A stretch of DNA of 62,252 nucleotides, counting the filler, from Sphacelaria rigidula (Eukaryota), in NCBI GenBank assembly GCA_964200075.2. It is 6 parts of 6 records of this genome, joined end to end, with 100 filler letters (N's around TTAATTAATTAA, not from the genome) between each part and the next. Parts side by side here need not be neighbours in the genome. Positions count along the whole stretch, not along the records: positions 10,394 to 20,686 come from CAXNAA020006774.1; positions 20,787 to 31,079 come from CAXNAA020006775.1; 4 more parts are not named here. One strand, 5' to 3'. Below, piece by piece: positions 12,536 to 24,752 of this stretch (its first letter is position 1; each line of letters starts with the position of its first letter). The translations under genes and the position numbers were made by a program. The notes beneath the pieces were generated by a model. It was given only the letters and a program-made list of their open reading frames with translations, was not told the origin of the DNA and did no database searches.

Positions 12536-15500
12536 ATGACACGGGCCTGTGGGCCCACACGGCGATGTGGAGCGATACTTTCTGCTCCGCTGCTCCTTCT
12601 GCTGCTGCTGCTACTACTGCTGCTCGAGGCATGCTGTACAGCTGCTCATGTACAGGCGCTTTTCGTGCCGTCACCATCGTCGCCTACAACAGCATCGTGG
12701 ATGATGACTGGTGTCCGTGATCTGTTGCCCGCAACGTCGACGAAGCAGCAGCCCCTGGGGCGCAGCAACAGCATCCGCCGCCTGACCAGCACCACCGGTT
12801 GCACCAAAAGTCGCCGTAAAGGGCACAGACACCTACCAAAGAGAAGAACCGACAGTCTCACGGTAGGTGCGAGGGTCCGATCGGAAGTCTGCCGTGAATC
12901 ACCAAGCATCCCCCTCCCCTCCCCTAAGTACACCCTCCCCTTGGTGTTCTGTTTCGCGTGATTATCCCCTTGTTGAGTGGGTATTGTTGTCACCAGTGTC
13001 CCAGATTATGAACTGGAGTCACTGATTGCTCTCCGAGCAAACGGTGACTATTTAAGCAACAATTGTCCGAAACGTGAAGTGATTGGGCGACCAGTAGTCA
13101 CTGCATTGGTATAATGCCCCTCGTCAAGGAAATCAAGACGGTCCAGTACCCCGCGATCCTCTCCCGCGGGGAGTATATGTGTCCAAGTATCGATCTCTTT
13201 CAGATTTTACTCCTGTGGCGGTTGCGCCCAAGGGTATGCTATCAAAGGTTGACTATTTTGAGATGTTGCGCGAGTACCGCGTCGTTCGTCTCGAGAAGAT
13301 CACGTTTGAAAACGTGCCTCCCGCGGGTGTCATATTCCTCCACTTACCGTAGCTTGCGCCGTTCGCCTCATCCCTACTTGTTCAACTCTTTGATCGCCAG
13401 GGTGAATTATTTGGGTCCTGACAGTAATTCTTGTAGTAGAAATGGCTTCGTTTCATGAAAACATGGCCCACCCTGGCAGCCAAAGGGGAACAACATCCGT
13501 TCGGTTGCCGAGCTGAGCGCCGGTAGTAAAAATAAATGTCAGGGCATTTGTAGGTAGTGCTAGCCTATCTGTTGTTCTACACGAGAGATAGGGTTCACCC
13601 AGGTATGCCTAGTCGAGTCCCTGTGTGCGAGTACGAGGGGATGTATTCCGATATCAGTATAGTCGATGTATTGAACTGATATGATACATCTTCAGAATAT
13701 ATGAACATGTATATTTTTCATGGCAAAAAAACGTCCATGTCTACCTCGGGCAGTATTGCGAGTCATTCGACTTCCGGGTATCGTCATCATCCTATCGCCC
13801 GCGTGTTCATGCACTGAATTCTCACCTGTGTACAGTAGTCTCTTCTCCGGGCAGCTTGTGGTGGAGAAATTCGTGTGTTTTTGTATTCATGTGAACACTG
13901 TCGTTGTGATGCTGCCATTGTGTCGGCATTTGGCGTGGGCGTTGCCCGTTTGCCGCCACTGCCTGTAGGAAGCCCTAAGCATGTACCTGATACATTGCGG
14001 TTATATCGGTATATCGACTGCAAAGACCTGGCGATCTGTGTAAAATATCATCGACTCGTATCGATAGACAGTCTTAGCAAGCGCTCATCTTCTGCGGTCA
14101 TGTCCGTGTAGGGGTTGAAACATGCGAGAAACCAAGCTCCGTCAACGGCAGTGTTCCTGGCTGGAAGAATCAATAGAACACAGTCTAGGCAATATCTGTA
14201 GCTACGCTCGAGACAAGTTATAGCTTCTGCTCAGGGGTAGTGTTGCTCGTGTTCTACAGTCTCCGGCACAGAGGCTGATGGCTACCACATGCCGACAGAT
14301 CCGACAGATAATAGTGAGTTCCACACGTTACAATTTTTGACCCGGCTCCTTTACTCAGCACATTTTTGGGAATCTAGTATTTTGGACTCTCCCTCGCTAT
14401 ATGGTGAGAGCTTGCCGCCATCAGATTTCCCTCCGCAATGCTACGAACAGTCGAGCAGCGCGGTGTGTACAGAGCGGAATGTACAGCCAGTGCTACATGA
14501 TATAGCCAGCATGGTAACATCAGTACAGGACAGGACAGTACACGACGACACGACATAAAAAGGCGCCGTGCCATGTCACAGATCTACCATGTACTCCATA
14601 GCAATCAAGTTATTTGGTTCTACACCTTACGCCTCCATCTCTAGAACGCACGTCATGGCAACATTGGTCCTCCTTCTAGGTAATGGGTTGGAGTGGAAGC
14701 AGCGCACCACGTCGCACCAGTTAGCTCTGTTTCCGCAGTATTGCAACACTGCTGACCGTCTCCCTTCCTCGGGGCGAGTCTGCAGTCACAAGGCATCAAC
14801 CCATCTCTCCGCATGTACAGATATCAGATTTTGGTAACGCAGATCGGATCATGACCAACCCTCCCGCACCGCGCTCAACCTTCGTCATATACAGTACTGT
14901 ATACTTTGTGTGCTACTCACGTCCTTACGTTTTCAAGGACAAAAATCAGAAACTTCTGAGAAAAAATCAAACTACAATGGACACATTTGACGGGAATCGA
15001 ACCGGCATTTTACCCGACCTGACGACATCAGCTGTAACATAGCCCACCGGGGCTGAGGAGGTGTGTTGGGCAACCTGTATCATGCGTGAGTCTTCATATA
15101 TGAAAGGAGATGACACATATATGTTATGCCTTTGATAAATTCATGTTGTCATCCCACCACTGTTATATATTCCCTCTGACCGGAAAAATAAGCAAGGTTG
15201 GAAATTCCGGTAATACAAGGAAGGTTTGTATGATATCGACAGAAACGTGCCATTTGGGCACGGTGGACGTCGGTCAACTTTGGCATACGATCAGATATCA
15301 TGTTGGAGAGAGAAAAACAAATCCTCTCGATGGGGGGAGGGGTGGTGGTACGTTACTATCCCCTGATCGGGGAAATGGCTGAAATCTGGCGTGATTGTAC
15401 CCAGTGCCGCAGAACCCCGTCCTTGCTGCCGGCGAGAAGATGGCGAATCAGCTGTTCTCTCTCCGATACGTTCAAATTCTCGCGTTTCTACCCCTGAGAG

Positions 15501-18500
15501 TCACTCCCATCAACGGACATGTCCCACCAGCAGATGGGAAGGCGTTTGACCGGGACTTCAAAGTTGGACTGCTGAAAGCGGGCGCCGTCTGCTGCGGTGG
15601 AATCGACCTTTTTCCGAACCCTTGAAAAAGACAACGGTTCTGCGCGCTGCGCGCCGGCGCGGCGGAACAAAAAAAACGTTCCGAAAAAGAGTTCTGTAGA
15701 CCCGAGTTAGACCGCATTTTGTCCAAACCTTGCTTATTTTCCCGGTCAGAGGGAGAATATATATGCATACAAGAGTTTCGGCGGCTTCGCCAATACGATC
15801 AGTGGATCGAATCCAAGATACATGCCTAACGGTAGTAGCGGTGTGCTTTGCGTAATGACAGGTCGAAGTTTTGAGAGGCCATAGCTGCTCATCAGCTGAA
15901 CATGTTTCGCGTGACGATTTAATTTTGAAGATTATGCCGGTTCCAAAAATGAAAAGTCTTGCCTCATGTGTAATGTGAAGAGGAATATAGGTGTCATGTT
16001 CACGGGGGCACATACAAGGGCTTGTCACTCGATGAACAACCCAAAAGTATCAAAGGTGAACCTCTGGAACTCATTGCCCCCGCCAAACCAAATGCACAGT
16101 TCGAGCCGTAGATGGTCACTACCTGAGCTGTGCATGACCTTGCTTAATTGTATCTGTTTAGAATCCAATGAGAAACGATGGTTTTTGAGACGCTCGCGAA
16201 CCGGTGCTACTGTCCAGAATCCAATGAGGAACGATCCGGAAAATGATGTCGATTCGATGTCTGGAGTGATGCCAATTGTGTGTGTGTTGTCGTCCCATCT
16301 GTCCTGGACGCCGGTCTACACTTTTCGGTATATTTGGGCGCACCAGCCGGGGTCGCACAGAAAAAAGGCCAACACAGCAGTTTTTTTTGTTTTTTTTCAG
16401 TTCTTCACCTTCCTTCTGCGATGCTTGCCTTATTTTTCATCGCGAAAGGGGCCCAGCACTCCCTTTTCATCGCCGACCGTTAAGTCGAACTTTGTGTACC
16501 CACGACATAGTCGCTCTCCACTGTTGGGCATGGTGTGAGAAAAAATACCAGGTCGCTCCGAGATCCGGACCCACGACCCGGCCGTCAGAAGGTTTTGAGG
16601 TTACCAGCTGAGCCACCGAGGCGACCGGCTGCTGAGAATTGATAAAACGCTGCACGCGCCGCGCCTCATCGTACAAAGTTGCTGCTCATCGCTTAAGCTG
16701 TGCGTGACCTTGCATAGACCTGTTCAGAATTCAATGAGAAACGATGATTTGTGTGGGACGCGCGCGAACCGGTGCTAATTACGTTCGTTGCGTTGTGGCG
16801 CAGGTCATGCTTCGAAGAAAACGCCGTAGCTGCTCATCAGCTGAACACGTTGTTCATCCCTTACACCGCGAGGGTAGGTCATCTGGCCATGCAGTGTATT
16901 TTTCAGGCAAAACTGATGCTGATTCCACAGATGACGCATGCTCGCGGTCAAAGGGTAACTACCTCGCACAAAGTGTTCAGAATCCATCGGGAGATGATCC
17001 TGAAAATGATGCCGATTCAATGTTTGGAGTGATGCCGACTGCGAAATAAAAAACGTGGCACGCACCGCGCCTCATAGTAAAAAAATGTTTTTTCTTTCGG
17101 AGCACCTTCATACGTGTGAGAATGTTGCTCGAAACCTTTACAACACTTGCATAATACGCTCGGGAAAGTTGCTTCGAGACTGGCAGAAGATCCGCTAACC
17201 TTTGGGCAAGTTGTTCTGAAGCGACGCGTGTCAGACGTGAGGGTATACAATGAAGCATACACATTGTAGCGCGCAGAGATCTTTGATATTCTGTCCTGTC
17301 GTGCGTCCGTGAAAACTGTATGTGACCGATCCTCAAAGTAAATATTCCGAATGTGTTGGAACATCTCACTCCGATCCAATAAAGTAATGACGCGGGCTGA
17401 TGTATTCTACAAGGGTGTTTCATATAGCTGTACTTGTCGCGTTCTATAGCCGTATGCGCTCGGCGTGCGTTTTACTGTGCCACTCGTAGAACATGTTTTA
17501 TGGTATGAGAGGGGAAACCTGTGCTACAGTAGTGAGCGGTCTAGCTATTCAGGGGTGTTTTGGGGTTTTCCCCGCGTACTACTCTTCGATAGAACTCGAA
17601 ATTGCTAGCGTCGGTAGATTTTGGTACAAAAAAAAAGATCATCATCGAAACACAGTGCCCAAGTCAGTGTTAGTTGGTGTCATCGGACGATTCCGGTAAA
17701 TACCCTGTTCATCATCAGGAGGGTGTGATTGACCGTGAAACACAGTTTTTCGACTCGAGTGCAATAAGTAGGGAGAATTTCGACAAAATAAAACTGTACA
17801 TCTCTTCACAAATATCGTCGGAACAGGCTCGATCGACCGACCCAAGAGTAAGAATCTGGGCTGAAACGTGACAGGACCTCCGATGATCGGTCGGTCCGTG
17901 AGTCACTCAATCTTGAGTACGGATGATTTTGTTTTCTTGGAATGTGGAGCGGATACAAATATCTTCAGATCCTCAATGTGATAGACGGTGGCAAGCGAAA
18001 AGAGCCCAAGAAAATCGCTAATTACGAAAAGAATCACAAAACCTCACTAAATGAATTGTAAGACCGCCCACTACTGCACAGCAAAAGAGGCCTTGACAAT
18101 CGCTTTCCACAATGAAGGGAAATGTCATCGAATGTCATACGCCACTTTTATTTCAAACGGCATATTTCACAAAAGCTCAATGCTACACGCAACATTTTCC
18201 ACCGTATTAAAAAAAAAGGAAGAATGTCAGGCTCGTCAGCATAATCTGAACCCACTGCAGGCCCGGCACTGTCTTCAGCAACGGTTCCCTGAACCCTGTT
18301 GTAGCATCGACCACCTCCTCCAATATGTCGGTATCGCTGTACGTGATGGTTCAAGTCGACTGCACATGATGGTCCATACCGAAGAGGGAAGAACCTCGTT
18401 CGTTTGTCTTACTCTCTGGACAACCGCTGCTGGAATTTCTGGCAGATCAGAAGTCACCGTGACGCCTATATATTCGAATATTTTGCGCAAAAATCGACCC

Positions 18501-19734
18501 CCCCCCCCCCCAGTTTTTCGTGGGGGGATCTGCAATAACGGGTAGAACTAGTTGCTCAACCTGTATTCGTGCCCTACTGTATGTCCAGGAAGCACTGCTC
18601 GATCGATCTTTTAAACCCCCTCAGTCTTTGCAGTACAGTACCGTCGAATATTTCACGCTTCTCGATGGCAATCCTGTCGACCACAGCCGAGCGATGCCAC
18701 ACAGTTCGTGAAGTGGGGTCTACTAGATACGACGCCGGTGACCCCATCGCTGACCTACGAACTCTCTACCTATCCTATACCTTGGCGACACCTAGCTGCC
18801 GTACGCACAGCCGAAAGTCGAGCTCACGCTAGCGTGTTGAACGCGTCATGCTTCGCACCGACTAGGCACGACCGATATACAATACGGCCAATCACAGACA
18901 GTGCAGACCGCGCAACGAAGGAGGGAATTCGGTAAATAGAAGCACATCACTCGATCAACCAGTGCAGAATACGCCGGGCTACGCCGAACTGTCTCAGGTC
19001 TGAAACCCCAGGCGCGGAAGTAGTATTATTGTATGTTGTCTCCCGAATGTGGAGAAACACCTGCTAGATTTCGGTCCCATCATCCCGTTTGAATACGCCC
19101 GCTGTGGGCTCTTGCACCAGAAAAACTCAGGCAAGTCGACGTCTGACGCACACAACGAATACATATAATGCCTCAGAAACACTGCCGTTTTGGAACGTTG
19201 TCCCTCAGCTACGCTCCAGGGATCGGAGCGTGTCCAGCCTACGAGGCTGAGTTTGATGCGAGATATATACTCTGAAAAAACGCAAAGGGCACCATCAGAT
19301 CTTTGGCAGGAGGAGGCCAGTCACACTCTAGCCAATCATATTCCAGCTGTATCTAGATGTCAGCGGTGTATAACGATCACTAGAACCCATTTATCCCGTT
19401 GTGTCAGCCCGACAAAATATTCTCGAGCATGGGGTCAATACTCCCACAGCCCGACTGTGTTCTTCGAACTGTGACCCCCCAAATACACCTATTTCTTTCA
19501 TGTCATTTTCCAGCATTTGAGCATGACGTCATCAGCCCCGCATCAACCGGAGGTGGTGATTGGCTCACGCTCGAATCGTGACGACAACAAGAACGACGCC
19601 ACCGGTGCTTGGGGTAGGGGTAGGAGCGAGGGCGGAGGTAGGACCAGGTTGGCGCAGGTGGCCTGCTGTGCCTTTGCCCTTCCTGCAGCGGTGAAGGGGT
19701 TGCCCTCGCTGGCTCCGCTCCTCACCAATCACTG
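12536..19734 (+). CDS. 5' part of a gene for a probable plastid-targeted protein of unknown function. Exons: 12536-12862, 19514-19734
   Basis: ATG, Leu-rich signal peptide, HVQA-LFVP (ASAFAP-like), then a Ser/Thr/Arg-rich transit peptide and an ACG|GTAGGT donor. It continues in phase after tttccag as HLSMTSS...LAQVACCAFALPAAVKGL, with a TG|GTGAGA donor. Confidence 0.6.
13386..13487. mobile_element. Short piggyBac-like MITE copy
   Basis: CTCTTTGATCGCCAGGGTG ... CACCCTGGCAGCCAAAGGG inverted ends. Confidence 0.45.
14980..15052 (-). mobile_element. tRNA-like SINE head
   Basis: Minus strand: CCCCGGTGGGCTA...GCCGGTTCGATTCCCGTC (B box). Confidence 0.4.
15170..15755 (-). mobile_element. Stowaway/mariner-type non-autonomous element with a transposase N-terminal remnant
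   Basis: About 33-bp TIRs (C/T)TCCCTCTGACCGG(A/G)AAAATAAGCAAGGTT in a TA-rich context. Minus-strand remnant MSVDGSDSQG*KRENLNVSEREQLIRHLLAGSKDGVLRH. Confidence 0.75.
15757..16110 (+). repeat. Dispersed repeat family, homologous to about 32290-32790; internal segments are reiterated at 16126-16273 and 16696-17037
   Basis: Shared GAGTTTC.GCGGCTTCG...ACGATCAGTGGATCGA..CCAAG.TACATG...GCGTAATGACA and GAACT...CCCCCGC.AAACCAA. Confidence 0.65.
16277..16630 (-). mobile_element. Full-length tRNA-derived SINE (about 355 bp) with (CA)n tail
   Basis: A box GGTGGCTCAGCTGGT, degenerate B box, T run and conserved body; five copies or fragments in the window. Confidence 0.8.
17640..19180 (-). pseudogene. 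Heavily decayed RTE-like LINE RT remnant
   Basis: Scattered peptides FEYIGVTVTSDL..AVVQRV (KYLG-like) and PTDHR...SIE..TIFVKR in the expected order; many stops. Confidence 0.3.
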
Positions 19735-19904
19735 GTGAGATCGAGGCTTTACTGAACATATTTTCGTTTTGTCAGACCTTCGGTCGCAATGGTATGGGGG
19801 AGTATCAACAGCAGTACGGTTCGTGATATCCGTGGGATAGCGTTTTCTTCGTCAAGGACAGCTGGAAATAAAAATATACCGATGCTTCCTATCGTCGAGA
19901 TGTT

Positions 19905-20000
19905 GGGGATGGGGGGGGGAGGAGGAGGGGGAGGGGGCGTACTCATTTGTTGCTTGCCTTAGTCGTTTGACCGTTGACCACGCATCGCTTTCGAGACGGG
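19905..20000 (-). mobile_element. Family A LINE 3' end with C-rich tail
   Basis: Reverse complement of CCGTCTCGAAAG.GATGCGTGGTCAA.GGTCAAACGACTAAGGCAAGCAACAAATGAGTACGCCCCC. Confidence 0.8.
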
Positions 20001-20686
20001 GTGAGAGGTGGAGGGGTTTAACGATCATATTACAATGTCTTCTCTGAAACGAACGCATCCCCCAAGGAAAAAATACGAAAAGACCCCGGAATATTGGATT
20101 TTGTATCACGGATTTTCAGGACCCGTACCAGGTAGGGGCCTACATTTGTGTTACTGTTGATGAGCTTTGGCCTCAGCCCAAACCTAATATCTGATTGGTT
20201 TCCCCCTTTGAGTGATGATAGTTTCGGTGGCGGGTGGGGGGTATTTGGGGCCATTTCTTTCACGACATTTTACCAGAAATCGTCGTTGAAAGCAGCGACG
20301 TTTGTTCGAACGCGCTTGTTACCAATAAGACACACTCATTCATACCACTTTACACCGTTTTCACCCAAATACAAACGCACCGCGGGTAGTTCGATCGTCT
20401 GACTCACCTGTGAGCCTGTGTTTTTCGTGCAATCAAACACCCCCCTTCCTCCCTGTCGTAGCGTCACTCATTTGTAGGATACGGGGTGTAGATATATAGT
20501 ATGCGGGTTGGGATCGAAAGAAGAACAATGTTCGAATTCATCGTTTCGTGAGGAGAAGGGTTCGTGACGTCAGAAAGTGTAGATTATTTCACGGTTAGGA
20601 CGAATCATCATGACTACGAATCGCCAAATCCACGATTTTTTTGGCCGGATTGCCCAAAAAGGAAAAAAAAGTTGACCGCTGGTCCA

Positions 20687-20786
20687 NNNNNNNNNNNNNN
20701 NNNNNNNNNNNNNNNNNNNNNNNNNNNNNNTTAATTAATTAANNNNNNNNNNNNNNNNNNNNNNNNNNNNNNNNNNNNNNNNNNNN
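20687..20786. other. Artificial contig linker
   Basis: N44-TTAATTAATTAA-N44. Confidence 0.99.
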
Positions 20787-20979
20787 CGGCGAAACAGGAC
20801 GGGGATAAGCTATGTAAAAGGTTTTTGTGTAATGTATGGAAGAAACGTAATGAGCTGAGGAAGAAACGTAACGAGCGCCGGAATGTTGGAGGTGTCTGTA
20901 TCAAGAGAAGAAACGGTGGTCCGTCTCGAAAGAGATGCGTGGTCAATGGTCAAACGACTAAGGCAAGCAACAAATGAGT

Positions 20980-21010
<31 letters not shown>
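20787..21010 (+). mobile_element. Family A LINE 3' fragment with about 30-nt oligo(C) tail
   Basis: Encodes AKQDGDKLCKRFLCNVWKKRNE...NVGGVCIKRRNGGPSRKRCVVNGQTTKASNK*, followed by a C run. Confidence 0.8.
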
Positions 21011-21012
<2 letters not shown>

Positions 21013-21940
21013 GGGTGCCCTGACCGCGCCCGACACTGGTGACGAGCAAAAAAAAACGAACGCAGTATTAGTAACNNNNNNNNNNCCCAAAAAAGAAGGG
21101 GGGTCAAATGCTAAAAACCAAAAGAAAGAAAAAAAAAAGGCCCCCCCCCCCCCCCCCCCCCCAGTCGATATGGGGTCCGTTCAAACGTTCGGAGATACTG
21201 TCGAACAGCACAATCAAACTTTGCTGACATTAGCACCCGCCAATCAGTACAGCACGGAACACAAATCAACAGTTTAACGTTCTTATTTGAAAGCAACGGG
21301 AATAAAACTGTTTGTAGGTAGGAAAAGGGGGATTTTCATACACGATAAACTCTGTGTTCCCCCGTGACCGTTACATGCACTCCAAAAACCTCTGTCGTCC
21401 TTCTTTCATACCTGGCGGGGAACGGGGAAGCCGCAATTCCTCAGATAACAAGAGTAATTTCAATCACGTGGACGTACTTTGGAAGGCCGAATTGTTTTGT
21501 TTCCATAGCTGTTCCGAATTCGGGTACATAACAACATGTTGTTACCGTGTGTGATCAGCTCTCGGCAGACGCTCTGCAGACGGAAGTCAGTAGAGTAGAG
21601 CAACGAAAGCTCCAGATTACAGCTGACGCACCCCTCTGCACCACGCTAGCAACAGTTAGGTCACCACCATAGATATATTTTTTCCACTCCGTATGTCAGG
21701 AAGGTCTCCACAAGGGTTTGATCTCTCTCTCTCTCACACACCCAAATGGCTTGTGGTAGGCTCTTGTGGTCGGGCGCCATGATGGTCAGATATGTCAGGG
21801 CAAAATCAACGATGAATAACACCCGCAACTTCAAATTGGATCATCTGTTATTTTTGCCGCAGTGCACCGTCCTTGCTGGCATGTGTGTGACAGAGAACAG
21901 TAGTAGCGGTGACGGGAACATTGATTGCCCTATTTTTCAG

Positions 21941-22084
21941 CGCACAGAGGCGCGTCCTGTCCGAAAAGAGAGGCAGAGGGAAATCGATCTTCGCATTAGT
22001 GACCTCCAGAGGAGACAAGAAGAGACGAAATCTCTCAACAGCTCGATGTTCTTTGGGGATACCTACCGGCACATGAGAAATTCG
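21941..22084 (+). CDS. Isolated candidate exon (RTEARPVRKERQREIDLRISDLQRRQEETK...)
   Basis: tttttcag acceptor, TCG|GTACGT donor, 144 nt open; no recognisable homology. Confidence 0.3.
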
Positions 22085-22651
22085 GTACGTGCTGGTAACA
22101 TGCATGATGCTAGTCTCTCGAGCGATTGGTAATCGCCCACCAAGGGCACACGAAGGACACGGGCGAGGAGCTTCCTCCCTGCCGTTGCTTCTCTCTCTGG
22201 CGATATCGTTATCGACAGGCGTGCACACCGCAGTCGTTCGGTGCACTCAGCCACAACTGATGATTCATAGTTGCAGAGTTTGGGGGAGAACGACGGTTTC
22301 GCTCTGTGTTACTGTTTCGCGTCATCCCTGCAAAAAACATATGCCACTTGAACCTCACTTTTGAGATCGACCCCATTTTCAGGATCCGCTGTTATATGGC
22401 TCCACCATGAGCGAGGGCGTTCTCGTAGCGTAAGACTGCGTGCCGTTTCATTTGTGACCCACGCCGTCGATCGCTGACCCGAAATGTCTTGTCTGAGATA
22501 GCTTGGGTTGTTCGGTTTCAAGGAGCGCAGCTGAGAGAAGACATGCTCGCATAGGCGTGTCGTGTGTTCTTCTAGGAAGCTTGGGACAACAAGAAGCCAG
22601 GGAATGTATATGGGGTATCTCACAGTACCGAGGAGACACGGCTCTATTGAA

Positions 22652-23070
22652 CAGCCTGGATCCGTTTTTGAGGTTCAACATTAGGGTGATGTTTAACTCG
22701 AAAACAGTGCTTTCCCTGACCTTAAGTCATGACCAATGAATTTCATATGGACGACCTCATGCCCCCCGATCTCCTTGAAACTTTTTTCGGGGTTGCCCGT
22801 CCTCCGTGCCTCCAAAGCGCATATGCGAAAGCACTAGTTTCGGGCTTAAAACATCCCGTTTTTCGCCCCGATATCGAAGCGAAAAGATGCTTTCGCACAT
22901 ACGCTATGGGGGCACGGAAGACCGGTAACCCTCAACAATAGTTTAAGGAGGTCAGGGGGCATGAGGTCGTCCACATGAAATTCATTAGTGATAACTTCAG
23001 GTGAGGGAAAGCACTGTTTTCGAGTCGAACCTTACCCGAATGTTGAACCTCAAAAAACGAATCCAGGCTG
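22652..23070. mobile_element. Foldback MITE / long inverted repeat (arms about 185 bp)
   Basis: CAGCCTGGATCCGTTTTTGAGGTTCAACATT... mirrored by ...AATGTTGAACCTCAAAAAACGAATCCAGGCTG. Arm fragments also end contigs 5 and 6. Confidence 0.9.
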
Positions 23071-23293
23071 GTATAAATAACACAAAACACTCACCGGACA
23101 AGTATCGTGACATAAATTTGTGATGCTTAGATATCCGTGCTATCGCGCGCTTCACGCTGCCAAGCCCACAGCGGTAGCTCAGTTGTATTTTCCTCGCGTC
23201 TCTGGAGCCCGTGCAATTAATCGTGACTTTTTTGGTGGACAAAATGTTTTTGCCTTCGGCAGCAGATGTGAAAGATTCTGGAGTTAATATCTC

Positions 23294-23892
23294 TTCATAG
23301 CCTGAAACGGGTGTCCCGAGCTGAGAAAAGGCGCCGTCCTCGGCTTCCCTAATATAGGCGTCGAGAGAACGATCTGTCGCGGTTTTTTTCGTGTGTATAA
23401 TGATGTGAACATTCCACACGTCAGACAAATCATGATCTGTCTGAAAATTACTTCTTCTCAGTATACTGATCCGGATCATAATCCGGATCATTTGCCCCCC
23501 CCCACCCCCCACCCCCTTCACGTTTGCTCCTCGCAGCATAGGACGCCGAGCACGCCGAGTAGCGTAAAGGTTACGGTTTTGTGTTTCTGACTCCGTGGTC
23601 ACATATTTTGTGTTTTCGGACCAACGGGTTCGAGAGTCTTCTTTGCTAACTACTAGCTGTTTCAGACGGATCATGAGCTGTCTGACGTGTGAAACATTTC
23701 AAGCAACGGAATTTATTATGCTCCAAAATACGCGCCGATGCACTATACTTCTCTTATGTACTATCCTCTTTGTTTCATTTCCAGAGATGCTTGAAAAAAA
23801 ACTGGCATCGTTTTTTCTAGACGCGCCACAGGGAAGTCGAGGACGACAGCGCGCCTTCTCTCACCTAGGGACACCCGTTTTCAGGCTATGAA
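23294..23892. mobile_element. Foldback/MITE element with segmented TIRs
   Basis: TTCATAGCCTGAAACGGGTGTCCC / GGGACACCCGTTTTCAGGCTATGAA, plus an inner inverted pair at 23415-23447 / 23660-23691. Confidence 0.75.
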
Positions 23893-24313
23893 AAGTTATT
23901 CATTTCGTATTCTCAGGACCCCTTGTTGTAGAAGAGAAGAAGTCGTTCTACTTGCTGCGTCGCTGGTGAGAGAGGAATTTCAACGCAAATTTCCGCAGAC
24001 GAATTTCACTCTAAAAATAAGTTGACTGACTTGGAAGATGAATCTACTTTGCCACTGACTGGATTTCCGGTGCGAGTTCTTCTCTCTGCTCTCTCTAGAT
24101 TTCTTACGATTTCCCGCGCATGCCCCCCCCCCTTGCCCCTGGGAAGCAGTAAACGAAAAAAATGGAGTAGAATCAAGTGCAGTCCGTTTTTTTTCGCGTG
24201 TATATGAGGGCGAGTTCTCATTATTTTTTCCCGTCAAGACGGGGTCTTGTGAATCAAACTTCGTCGTTCTGCTGTGTGTGGGCGATAGGGCTTCTGTGGA
24301 TCTTTTGCAGCTC

Positions 24314-24752
24314 GGGGTTGCCACATCGTGGACTAACGCTCCACAGTTGACACGTCCTTCCTGAGGTGTTCAGGAGTACACTTTTGCGTCGTGGCCTGGG
24401 CTGTTGACCTGGCTCGTTGAAGACATTCACTCTCACTGGCCTAGTAGTGAGGTTGCTCAGGCGTATTTACGCTGCGTGTACGATACGGATAACTTCGGTA
24501 TTTCAGTGAAGCGCGCGAGTGGCGGTTGCTGCATGGGGTTGCCACATCGTGGACTAACGCTCCGCAGTTGACACGTCCTTCATGAGGGGTTTATGAGTAC
24601 ATATTTCCGTCGTGGCCTGGGCTGTTTACCTGGCTCGTTGAAGACATTCACACCCACCGACCTAGGAGTGAGGTTGCTCAGGCGTATGCTGGGTGTACGA
24701 GACGGATAAACGTCGGTATTACAGTAAAGTGCGTGGGTGGCGGTTGCCGCAT
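24314..24752 (+). repeat. Tandem duplication of a unit of about 220 bp
   Basis: GGGGTTGCCACATCGTGGACTAACGCTCC starts at 24314 and again at 24535. Confidence 0.95.

Noticed and set aside
15860-16850. Minus-strand CTGATGAG in repeated GCTGCTCATCAGCTG as hammerhead ribozymes
   Set aside because: No properly placed GAAA and helices; the homologous copy near 32450 lacks the core.
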